In this document: positions 8,459-16,682 of the stretch, one piece after another
Layout of the letters: every line of letters starts with the position of its first letter
How positions within the stretch are numbered: position 1 is the stretch's first letter
Origin: an uncultured Bacteroidales bacterium
GTDB lineage: Bacteria > Bacteroidota > Bacteroidia > Bacteroidales > Paludibacteraceae
DNA length: 64,000 bases
Direction of reading: 5' to 3'
NCBI GenBank assembly: GCA_900319005.1
Contig: ONMV01000016.1
Span: forward strand, 13,353 to 77,352
Notes under the pieces: generated by a model
What the model saw: the letters and a program-made list of their open reading frames with translations, nothing else
Databases searched by the model: none
What the model was told of the DNA's origin: nothing
Program-made: the position numbers and the translations under genes

Positions 8459-10066
8459 TTAATATTTTAGCCAATTAATAAACTCCATCGGGTCGGTGGT
8501 AAACGCCATCGGGTCGGCTATTTGATTGCCTTGTGGGTCGAGTTGCACATAGAACGGCTGGGCGTTCGAACCGAAACGCTCCCGCTGCAAACGGCTGTTT
8601 TCTGTGCCTTCACTCTCGCCGTCATGGTCCGTGTCCAGACGATGATCCACAAAAAGCTCAATGAACACATAGTTCTGCAAACGTGCTTTGACGCTGTCGT
8701 TATTCAGTACAAACGCCTCCATCTTACGGCAGTTCACACATCCATAACCGGTAAAATCGATGAGTACCGGTTTGCCTGTCTGACGCGCATAAGCCATTCC
8801 CTCTTCATAATCATTAAACACTACGCGCCCTTCAATCTCCATCGGAGGCGCAAAAGCGCTGATCGCTTTTACCGGTGCGCCGCGAAGACCCGGTACCAAG
8901 TAAAACGCAAAGGTCAGGGATGGGATGATCACGATCGCACGGATGATTTTACGTGGGGTCGATACGCTCCATATATCCCATATAAGATAGATTCCTATGC
9001 CCAAGAAGCAAACAATCCAAATAGCGATAAACAGCCAACGAGGCAATATACCCCACCCGTATGCCATGTCTGCCACACTCAAGAACTTCAGCGAAAGCGC
9101 CAACTCAAGGAACGCCAACACCACTTTGAAACTCGTCATCCAGTCACCTGACTTAGGAGCCTGTTTGAGCCACTGAGGGAACATAGCAAACAGCGAGAAA
9201 GGCAAAGCAAGCGCAATCGCAAAGCCCAACATTCCCATCGCCGGAGCCAACAAAGACTTGCCAGCCGCTTCTACCAACAGCGTGCCGATAATAGGTCCCG
9301 TGCACGAAAACGATACTATCACTAACGTAAACGCCATCAGCAGAATACTCAGGAAACCGCCTGTACTCCGCGCTTTGCTATCCAATGCCGTGGACCAACT
9401 ATCCGGCAAAGTGATCTCGAACAATCCGAAGAAAGAGAGCGCAAAAATCACCAAAATCAGGAAGAACACGATATTCACTACCGCGTTGGTACTCATCTCA
9501 TTAAGCGCCGACGCGCCAAAGAGTACCGTCACCAATAACCCTAATCCCACATACAATATAACAATACTCAGCCCATACAATATCGCATCCTTCAGTCCGC
9601 CGCCTTTCTTCAAGAAGAAGCTCACCGTCATCGGAATAATCGGCCACACGCAAGGCGTAAAAATCGCCAACAATCCGCCTAAGAGGCCGAGGAGGAAGAT
9701 AATCCATAATGAGCGTTCGGTATCCGAACTCAATGATGACGCTTCGCTTAATGGTGACGCGCTTCCAGCGCTTAATGATGAATATTCCCATATTTCCGGG
9801 GCCGTACACATCTTGTCGTCGCAGGCGTTGAAGCGAATCGGAGTGAGATCCGTTTTGGCGAGGGTAATCACGAACGAGTCGGTGAACTCCTCGTCGTATT
9901 CGCGTTCTCCAAACTCAATGATGGTCATGTGCCATCCTTCTTCGATGGTCGCTTTCAGCCGCACGCTGTCGCCCATTTCCTCTCCGCTCCACTTCACCGG
10001 CTCAACCATCTGTGCCGCCACCATCAGCGGCACGCACACAAATAAGATAAATAATATTCTTTTCAT
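8459..10066 (-). CDS. dsbD: thiol:disulfide interchange protein DsbD-like (transmembrane electron transporter plus thioredoxin domain)
   Basis: Signal peptide. Multi-TM core with FTPCVWPIIP and SFSCTGPIIG Cys motifs. C-terminal thioredoxin fold with CVNC. Confidence 0.85.
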   Translation of the reverse strand: MKRILFILFVCVPLMVAAQMVEPVKWSGEEMGDSVRLKATIEEGWHMTIIEFGEREYDEEFTDSFVITLAKTDLTPIRFNACDDKMCTAPEIWEYSSLSAGSASPLSEASSLSSDTERSLWIIFLLGLLGGLLAIFTPCVWPIIPMTVSFFLKKGGGLKDAILYGLSIVILYVGLGLLVTVLFGASALNEMSTNAVVNIVFFLILVIFALSFFGLFEITLPDSWSTALDSKARSTGGFLSILLMAFTLVIVSFSCTGPIIGTLLVEAAGKSLLAPAMGMLGFAIALALPFSLFAMFPQWLKQAPKSGDWMTSFKVVLAFLELALSLKFLSVADMAYGWGILPRWLFIAIWIVCFLGIGIYLIWDIWSVSTPRKIIRAIVIIPSLTFAFYLVPGLRGAPVKAISAFAPPMEIEGRVVFNDYEEGMAYARQTGKPVLIDFTGYGCVNCRKMEAFVLNNDSVKARLQNYVFIELFVDHRLDTDHDGESEGTENSRLQRERFGSNAQPFYVQLDPQGNQIADPMAFTTDPMEFINWLKY

Positions 10067-10401
10067 TTGCTGATTTGTTTTGAGAGTTGAGCAATTACAA
10101 ATCCACGGAGGGTAAAATAGTACTTGTCTTTCGAGTTATAATTGGCTTTATATTCGTCATATCGTTGCTGCCAAGCAGCACGTTTTTCGGGGTCTGTGAG
10201 TTCGACCTTTGCCTGTTTGGACAGTTGGGCGAAAGAGGTGTTTAACTCACGCTGATGAGGCGTGATAGACTTGGGATCCCGATGTTTCGGGTAATGAGAA
10301 ATGACCGTTTTTCCATAACGATGCGTAATATACACATCACTTTCTCCATAGATTTTTCCGGACATTTTGTCAATTGTAATATTTAGTTCCGCTTGTGCCA
10401 T
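10063..10401 (-). CDS. small basic hypothetical protein (paralog of 35132..35512)
   Basis: 112-aa ORF whose stop overlaps the dsbD start by 4 nt. Shares the NTS.F....EL.DP..+A.W..R...K..Y..LR..V...L..Q pattern with the 126-aa ORF at 35132. Confidence 0.6.
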   Translation of the reverse strand: MAQAELNITIDKMSGKIYGESDVYITHRYGKTVISHYPKHRDPKSITPHQRELNTSFAQLSKQAKVELTDPEKRAAWQQRYDEYKANYNSKDKYYFTLRGFVIAQLSKQISK

Positions 10402-10640
10402 TTTCGTTTTAAAATTTTAGTTGATTATTATACTTATCTTGTATTGACCCTATAGGTCGATGCCGTGTCGTTGCCGTGTCGTTGCCGAGTGAAGACCTTA
10501 AATGGGGTTATTTACTTTAATGGTTTTATCTATTTTGAATCGTCTGTTTTATGATTGTGGTTTTGAAAACTATTCACTATATTCACCCACTTCGCTTTCA
10601 TTATTTATCTTCCATTTGAATTATCAAATTTGACTAAACC

Positions 10641-10958
10641 TTAGTTTCTATTATTGGGGTATGCAATTTTCCACCAACTATTATCATGCGAAAAATGCTT
10701 CCCTCTGCTATCAGTGCGTCTTTTTAGATTTTCAATAAGATGTGTTTCTGAGACAATTATTTTCTCTCCAGATTGTTTATGAGTTATTATATATTCATCA
10801 TATTGTCCTCGTTCGACAAGGTTATACTCTCCGACTTTGTCATAAACTCCGTATAACAATGCATCTTCTATTATGCCATGATATACGATAGTTCGCCCAA
10901 TATATAAAATTCCATATAGGAGAGCAAATGATAATATTGTTTCCACTAAATAAATCAT
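10641..10958 (-). CDS. hypothetical small membrane-anchored protein
   Basis: 105-aa ORF with N-terminal hydrophobic helix MIYLVETILSFALLYGILYIG. Lies 29 nt downstream of the protease-Sel1 gene in an AT-rich context. Confidence 0.5.
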   Translation of the reverse strand: MIYLVETILSFALLYGILYIGRTIVYHGIIEDALLYGVYDKVGEYNLVERGQYDEYIITHKQSGEKIIVSETHLIENLKRRTDSRGKHFSHDNSWWKIAYPNNRN

Positions 10959-10987
10959 TTTAATCGAGCGAGTATTATTTGGAGCAA

Positions 10988-12826
10988 TTACTTGACTTGT
11001 TTCTGTATGTATTTATTCAATTCCGAATTATATTTTTTATAAAATTCTGAATCAATTGAATTCACCTTATTCCACATTTCTTTTGCTTGATTATATTTTC
11101 CTTGCATAGAAAAGAATTCTCCCTTTGAATCATAATAGTTCGGATTGGTGGGGTCAAGTTCTATTGTCTCGTTAATAATTTGCATCGCCATTGACATGTC
11201 CTTTTTTGTTCCGTATCTTCCCAAAGCGTAATCATAAGCTAAATCATTCATTCCATAGGCAAATTTATCTTCCCAACATTTTTGCATATATATTCTATAC
11301 AAACCATAATCCTTCAGAACGTTTTCTCCTTCTTTGTGTATATATGCAAGTGCATAATCAGACCATCCGTATCCTGTAGAATTTTTATAATATTCAATTG
11401 CTTTTTGAGTATCTTTATCTACGCCATATCCGTATTGATACATAGTCCCAAGATAATAGACTGCTTCAATCTTTTTAGCAGAGGATGCTTTAGAAAAATA
11501 TTGCAGTGCTTTGTTATAATCTTGCTGAACTCCCCAACCGTAGTAAAAAAGTATTCCAAGCAAATATTCTGCCTCATGCGAGCCTTGTGATGCTGCTAGA
11601 TTAAACCACTTATATGCCGCTAAATAATCTCTCTCGACTCCCATTCCCCAATAGTATCTTTTGCCTAGATTTTCTTGTGCCTTCCAATCTCCTAATTCCG
11701 CCGCTCTCTGATACAGAGATATGGCTTTAACTTTATCCATGGCTACTCCATTCACATTTTCGTACATATTTGCTAAATTATTCATACATGCAGCATCTCC
11801 AGCATCAACTCCTTTTTGGTACATATATGAAGCCTCCTTTAAATTTTTTGTTGTTCCATACCCATACGCATAACAATATCCAGAATAAAAAAAACCTGTT
11901 GTATTATTTTCTCTTGCTAATTGTAGGAAGTACTCAAAATAAGGAACTAAAGCAGAGCGCGCATCAGAAAAATCATTTTCGGATTTTTCTACAGCTAACC
12001 TTGCATATTCAAATCCTTTAATCATGTCCACCTCTACTCCTTGCCCCATTCTATACATCCAGCCCAAACAATAGAATGCGAACGGGGCATCGTATTCTGC
12101 TGCCTTTTTGAACCAATATATAGCATCATTATAATTTAGCTGAACGCCCCTGCCAAAATATAAACAATTAGCATACCCAATCATACCATCAATATTGGAA
12201 CATTTTGCAGATTCTCTATACAATCGGGCTGCTTCACTATAGTCTATTGGGGTACACTTTCCATAATAATAGCAATGTGCCAATTTCGCTTTATATCTAC
12301 CACGAATTATTCTCGACGTAATTCCGTTCAGCACTTGTCTAATTTGGGATATCGTTTCTGTTTCTCCGTCAGGGACACAATCTTCCTCATAGCCATTTTC
12401 AATAATCAGTTTGTTTCCATCTATAGAAACTTTCCCTAACCTTTGAATAGCAGTCTGTCCTAATAATAGTGGAGCACGCTGCCCTTCCACAACAACAGCT
12501 TCCACATCTTTTAAATGCAGACCTGCTATTTCTATATCGCGCAAATTAACCTTCACATGATCAACTATACGACCATCGGCAACTTGTGACGCGCCCGTTC
12601 CTAATATATCATCTTTAGTTATATAATCATTATCTAATAAGTACTCTGCCATAGGCTCCGAAAGGCACACAGTTGCTGCTCCTGTATCAAAAATAAACTT
12701 CATCTTTGCTCCATTCACAACACACGGCACCTTATACACACCTCCATCTTGCTCCATAGTAATTGTAACCTGAGCTGAAAGCAATGTACATATTGCTAAT
12801 AATGTAGTTAATAATAACTTTCTCAT
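10988..12826 (-). CDS. secreted retropepsin-like aspartic protease domain fused to Sel1-like/TPR repeats
   Basis: Signal peptide MRKLLLTTLLAICTLLSAQ. Clan-AA motif FIFDTGAATVCLS with a downstream LLLGQTAI flap-like segment. At least 8 Sel1-type repeats (A..W+.KAA..G...A...LG..Y..G.GV..D). C-terminal TPR-like region. Confidence 0.75.
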   Translation of the reverse strand: MRKLLLTTLLAICTLLSAQVTITMEQDGGVYKVPCVVNGAKMKFIFDTGAATVCLSEPMAEYLLDNDYITKDDILGTGASQVADGRIVDHVKVNLRDIEIAGLHLKDVEAVVVEGQRAPLLLGQTAIQRLGKVSIDGNKLIIENGYEEDCVPDGETETISQIRQVLNGITSRIIRGRYKAKLAHCYYYGKCTPIDYSEAARLYRESAKCSNIDGMIGYANCLYFGRGVQLNYNDAIYWFKKAAEYDAPFAFYCLGWMYRMGQGVEVDMIKGFEYARLAVEKSENDFSDARSALVPYFEYFLQLARENNTTGFFYSGYCYAYGYGTTKNLKEASYMYQKGVDAGDAACMNNLANMYENVNGVAMDKVKAISLYQRAAELGDWKAQENLGKRYYWGMGVERDYLAAYKWFNLAASQGSHEAEYLLGILFYYGWGVQQDYNKALQYFSKASSAKKIEAVYYLGTMYQYGYGVDKDTQKAIEYYKNSTGYGWSDYALAYIHKEGENVLKDYGLYRIYMQKCWEDKFAYGMNDLAYDYALGRYGTKKDMSMAMQIINETIELDPTNPNYYDSKGEFFSMQGKYNQAKEMWNKVNSIDSEFYKKYNSELNKYIQKQVK

Positions 12827-12838
12827 AATATTGGTGTT

Positions 12839-13195
12839 CTATTGTTCTTCTTGATATTGAATTACTATAGTATATTCTAATTCACACATACAATGATATT
12901 GACCACACCTCTCTGCGTCTTGGTAACCATCACAGACCATTTTTCCTGATCTCCTTGTTTCTCTACTCCTTACCATTTGCATAATTTCCATAGATAAGTC
13001 AAAATACCCTTTACTACAATCTGGATTTAGGCAACTTATTGTCACTCTAAATGAGGTCGTTAAAATTGGAATCTCCCATTCGTTATGGCGATGGAGGTGT
13101 TGCGCCAATACGACATCTTCATCATATACTATCTTGCAGGAAACCACAGAGGGATATTTCTGCACAAAAGAGCGTAACTTTGCGTTAGCATCCAT
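12839..13195 (-). CDS. hypothetical Cys-rich small protein
   Basis: 118-aa ORF 12 nt upstream of the protease-Sel1 gene. Cys clusters CLNPDC and CDG..ERCGQYHCMC suggest metal binding. No family recognised. Confidence 0.5.
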   Translation of the reverse strand: MDANAKLRSFVQKYPSVVSCKIVYDEDVVLAQHLHRHNEWEIPILTTSFRVTISCLNPDCSKGYFDLSMEIMQMVRSRETRRSGKMVCDGYQDAERCGQYHCMCELEYTIVIQYQEEQ

Positions 13196-13339
13196 TCTGC
13201 TTTAAATTTTTGTTGATTCAACTCGTCTTGTGTATAGTACTTTCTTCTCATCTTTATCAAATATTTTATCTCTTTCTCTCTCTATTCCCGGTAGTCCTTG
13301 ACGCAAGTCAAACTATCGGGTGTCGTTTTTATATATCCT

Positions 13340-14344
13340 TTAGTTCTTCTGGTTTATCAGATTCACTACCACTTTGACAATCGTGTCTTTTTCCTCCGTG
13401 CGGCTCTCGGCAATCATGAGGGTCAAGGCGACAAGGGTGTTATCCGCCAAACGCTTGGTACCATCTTCGCGGTAGAGAATGCCGTTGTTGTTTAAGAACC
13501 AAAGGAACAAAGTTGCTGCTATACGTTTATTGCCGTCAGAGAATGAATGGTTCTTAGTAACCAAATACAGCAACATCGCCGCTTTCTCCTCCACACTCGG
13601 ATAGAGGTCCTTGCCTCCAAAGGTCTGATAAATCTGACCTATACTGCTTTTGAACGAATCGTCTTTCTCGTTTCCAAACAACGTACTACCGCCGAATTTC
13701 TCACGCAGCGCACTAATCGTCTGCATAGCATTCTCGTATGTCGCATGGAATCGTTCTTCGGGCGTCGTCTCTTTGACGGTCAGACGCTCGTAATCATAAT
13801 TATCGAGCGTGTCCAACGCGTACGTGTAATCCAAAACCACATCAAAAATAGCTTGCGTCTCATCCTCGCTCTCTACTGCCTTGCTTTGTACCGTTCGACC
13901 CACAATCTGAACCAACTGACGCAAATCCGACAACTGCTCACGACGAATCTTTTCGTTGATGGCGTAGCCTTTGACGAGGTAGTCTTTGAGAATTCTGTTT
14001 GCCCATTGACGGAATTGTACACCGCGTTGAGACTTGACACGATAACCAACGGAGATGATTACATCGAGGTTGTAGTACAGAACTTTACGACAGATTTGCC
14101 GATTTCCTTCAGTTTGAACTGTCAAGTATTCCTTGACGGTTGCTTCTTTTTGTAATTCTCCCTCGCGAAATATATTGCCAATATGCAAACTAATATTTTG
14201 CTTTGTGGAGTTGAAAAGCTGAACCATCTGTTGCTGACTTAGCCACACGGTTTCGTTCTCCATGCGTACATCGAGTTGTACCGTGTTGTCTTCTGCACGA
14301 TAGATGATAATCTCACCTTTATTTTCAATGGGTTTCTCGTTCAT
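13340..14344 (-). CDS. RhuM-family N-terminal domain fused to a Fic/Doc-type domain
   Basis: RhuM signature WLSQQQMVQLF..TKQNISLHI.NIF.EGEL....V.KEYL....EG.R......YYNLDVIISVGYRVKS.RGVQFRQWA. C-terminal motif HSFSDGNKRIAA (Doc-type H.F.DGNKR). Start chosen at the MNEKP ATG (14344) to avoid overlapping murA. The longest ORF reaches 14410. Confidence 0.8.
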   Translation of the reverse strand: MNEKPIENKGEIIIYRAEDNTVQLDVRMENETVWLSQQQMVQLFNSTKQNISLHIGNIFREGELQKEATVKEYLTVQTEGNRQICRKVLYYNLDVIISVGYRVKSQRGVQFRQWANRILKDYLVKGYAINEKIRREQLSDLRQLVQIVGRTVQSKAVESEDETQAIFDVVLDYTYALDTLDNYDYERLTVKETTPEERFHATYENAMQTISALREKFGGSTLFGNEKDDSFKSSIGQIYQTFGGKDLYPSVEEKAAMLLYLVTKNHSFSDGNKRIAATLFLWFLNNNGILYREDGTKRLADNTLVALTLMIAESRTEEKDTIVKVVVNLINQKN

Positions 14345-14388
14345 TCTTATTTTATTTTCTTGGTAGTTGCAAATTTTGCACATACCAA

Positions 14389-15696
14389 TCACTCCTCTCT
14401 CTTTATGCAAGCACCGAGGGCGTTGAGGCGGGATTCGATGTCTTCGTAACCACGGTCGATTTGGTCGATATGGTCGATGCGAGATGTGCCTTCAGCAGAC
14501 ATGGCGGCAATCAGCATGGCTATACCTGCACGGATGTCGGGAGAAGTCATGTTGTTACGCTTGAGTTGGCGGGTGTGGTCGTGACCGACTACAACTGCAC
14601 GGTGAGGATCACAGAGGATGATCTGCGCGCCCATGTCAATCAGTTTGTCCACGAAGAAGAGGCGGGACTCAAACATCTTCTGGTGGATAAGGACAGAGCC
14701 CTTCGCCTGGGTAGCAACCACCAAGAGGACGGAGAGCAAGTCCGGCGTCAGTCCGGGCCACGGGGCATCGGCTACCGTAAGAATAGAGCCATCGAGGAAG
14801 GATTCAATCTGATAGTGTTCTTGCGCAGGAATAACGAGATCGTCCCCTTCTTCCTCAATGCAAATTCCCAAACGACGGAAAGCATCGGGAATAATTCCAA
14901 GGTCTTTAATTCCCGCCTCTTTGATACGCAGTTCAGAACCGGTAATAGCTGCCATGCCGATGAACGAGCCGACTTCAATCATATCCGGCAAGAGTTTATG
15001 TTGTGCGCCGTGAAGCGATTTCACACCTTCGATGGTCAACAAATTTGAGCCAACTCCGCTGATATTCGCGCCCATGTTATTGAGGAGACGGCAAAGTTGC
15101 TGCACGTACGGTTCGCAAGCTGCATTGTAGATGGTAGTGGTTCCTTGGGCAAGGACAGACGCCATAATAATGTTCGCCGTTCCGGTAACAGACGCCTCGT
15201 CCAAGAGCATATAGCAGCCTTTAAGGTGCTTGCCTTCAAAACGATAAGCGAGCAAGTCCTGGTCGTATGTAAAGGTAGCGCCGAGGTTCACCATTCCTTG
15301 GAAATGCGTGTCCAAACGCCGACGACCTATTTTGTCTCCACCGGGTTTGGCGTACGTCACTTCACCCAGACGCGCCAACAGCGGACCGATGAGCATAACC
15401 GAGCCACGGAGTTTATTGCATTTCTTGAGAAAATCCGCACTCCGCAGGTACGCCGTGTCGAGATTAGCCGCCGTAAAAGCGAACTTGCCTTTGGACAGCT
15501 TCTCCACCGTCACGCCGATAGATGCGAGCAAATCAATCAGATTGTTTACATCCAATATATTCGGGAGATTGTCAATAACGACCGTCTCTCGGGTCAACAA
15601 AACAGCGCAGAGCACTTGAAGCGCCTCATTCTTAGCGCCTTGCGGGGTGATAGAGCCATGTAATTTATGTCCGCCTTCAACAATAAATGATGCCAT
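14389..15696 (-). CDS. murA: UDP-N-acetylglucosamine 1-carboxyvinyltransferase MurA (Asp at the Cys115-equivalent position)
   Basis: Full-length match to the MurA pattern (GAKNEAL, KPGGDKIGRRRLDTH, C-terminal IDRGYE..E.+L..LGA). Confidence 0.92.
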   Translation of the reverse strand: MASFIVEGGHKLHGSITPQGAKNEALQVLCAVLLTRETVVIDNLPNILDVNNLIDLLASIGVTVEKLSKGKFAFTAANLDTAYLRSADFLKKCNKLRGSVMLIGPLLARLGEVTYAKPGGDKIGRRRLDTHFQGMVNLGATFTYDQDLLAYRFEGKHLKGCYMLLDEASVTGTANIIMASVLAQGTTTIYNAACEPYVQQLCRLLNNMGANISGVGSNLLTIEGVKSLHGAQHKLLPDMIEVGSFIGMAAITGSELRIKEAGIKDLGIIPDAFRRLGICIEEEGDDLVIPAQEHYQIESFLDGSILTVADAPWPGLTPDLLSVLLVVATQAKGSVLIHQKMFESRLFFVDKLIDMGAQIILCDPHRAVVVGHDHTRQLKRNNMTSPDIRAGIAMLIAAMSAEGTSRIDHIDQIDRGYEDIESRLNALGACIKREE

Positions 15697-15731
15697 TTAT
15701 GAATTAAAAATTAAAAATTACGAATTAAAAA

Positions 15732-16634
15732 TTAAATATAATTCACTTCGGGGTGAATGTCGATGCCGAATTTCTCTTTGACGCTTGCGCTGACTTGTGC
15801 AGCAAGGGCGATGATGTCTTCGGGCGTAGCGTTATTCGCATTGACGATGACAAGCGGCTGTTTGGGCCACACTTGCGCACCGCCGAGCGTCCATGCAGCA
15901 GGGATTTTGACGCGTTCGCCTTCAACAGGGAAATGCGGCATGTCGGGGTATTGCGCCAACAGCTCGTTGGCCTTTTCTTCGGGCACAAACGGATTCATGA
16001 AGAACGAACCGGCAGACCCCACTTCACCCACTGTCGGCAGTTTCGCCATACGCGTCTGGATGATCTCCTCGCGGGTCTTGGATGCTTCGCCGGGTTTGAC
16101 CTTATAGACAACCGAAGTGACGATATACTTGCCTTTAAGTTCATGCTTGAAAATACTATCCCGATAACCGAACTTGCACTCTTCGTTAGTAAAGACCCGT
16201 TCTTCCAGCGTCTCCACGTCCATCGTATAAACACGTTCAATCACATCTTTCGCTTCTACACCGTACGCGCCGACATTCTGTACTGCACTTGCTCCCACTT
16301 CGCCCGGAATAAGACTCAGTTTCTCCATGCCGCAGTATGCCATGTCGGTCAGTTGTGCGATAAGATCATCGAGCCGCAAACCATTCTGCGCCTCTACCGT
16401 CTCATCATCAATAAACCGCGCACGAGCCATGCCGGAATGCAGAATTATTCCGTTGAAATCGCGGGTAAAGAGCAGATTCGAGCCTTGCCCGATATGCAAG
16501 ATCTGCTCGCCTTTATGCTCTTTCAGCACTTGCCGCAACTCGTCCAGCGAGTAGTACTCGATGAACAGCCGCGCTTTGACATCGATGCCGAAGGTATTAT
16601 ACGGCAAGAGGGATATATTTTCTTTGATGGTCAT
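15732..16634 (-). CDS. murB: UDP-N-acetylmuramate dehydrogenase MurB (short form, 300 aa)
   Basis: LLPYNTFGID..A, GQGSNLLF, LIPGEVGASAVQNVGAYGVE, AGSFFMNP, FGIDIHPEVNYI. Confidence 0.88.
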   Translation of the reverse strand: MTIKENISLLPYNTFGIDVKARLFIEYYSLDELRQVLKEHKGEQILHIGQGSNLLFTRDFNGIILHSGMARARFIDDETVEAQNGLRLDDLIAQLTDMAYCGMEKLSLIPGEVGASAVQNVGAYGVEAKDVIERVYTMDVETLEERVFTNEECKFGYRDSIFKHELKGKYIVTSVVYKVKPGEASKTREEIIQTRMAKLPTVGEVGSAGSFFMNPFVPEEKANELLAQYPDMPHFPVEGERVKIPAAWTLGGAQVWPKQPLVIVNANNATPEDIIALAAQVSASVKEKFGIDIHPEVNYI

Positions 16635-16682
16635 AAATAGTTTCTTTTTTCGAGATCACGTGATCACGAGATTACGAGATTA

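Noticed and set aside
10402-14388. Mobile genetic element (integrase, transposase or tRNA-linked island) behind the AT-rich islet
   Set aside because: No recombinase, transposase or tRNA gene is adjacent. Only a short imperfect direct repeat of AT-rich leader sequence supports insertion, so mobility remains unproven.
14461-16640. Long plus-strand ORFs (14461..15048, 15097..15663, 15753..16640) opposite murA and murB
   Set aside because: They are antisense shadows of highly conserved genes, with Arg-rich low-complexity translations.
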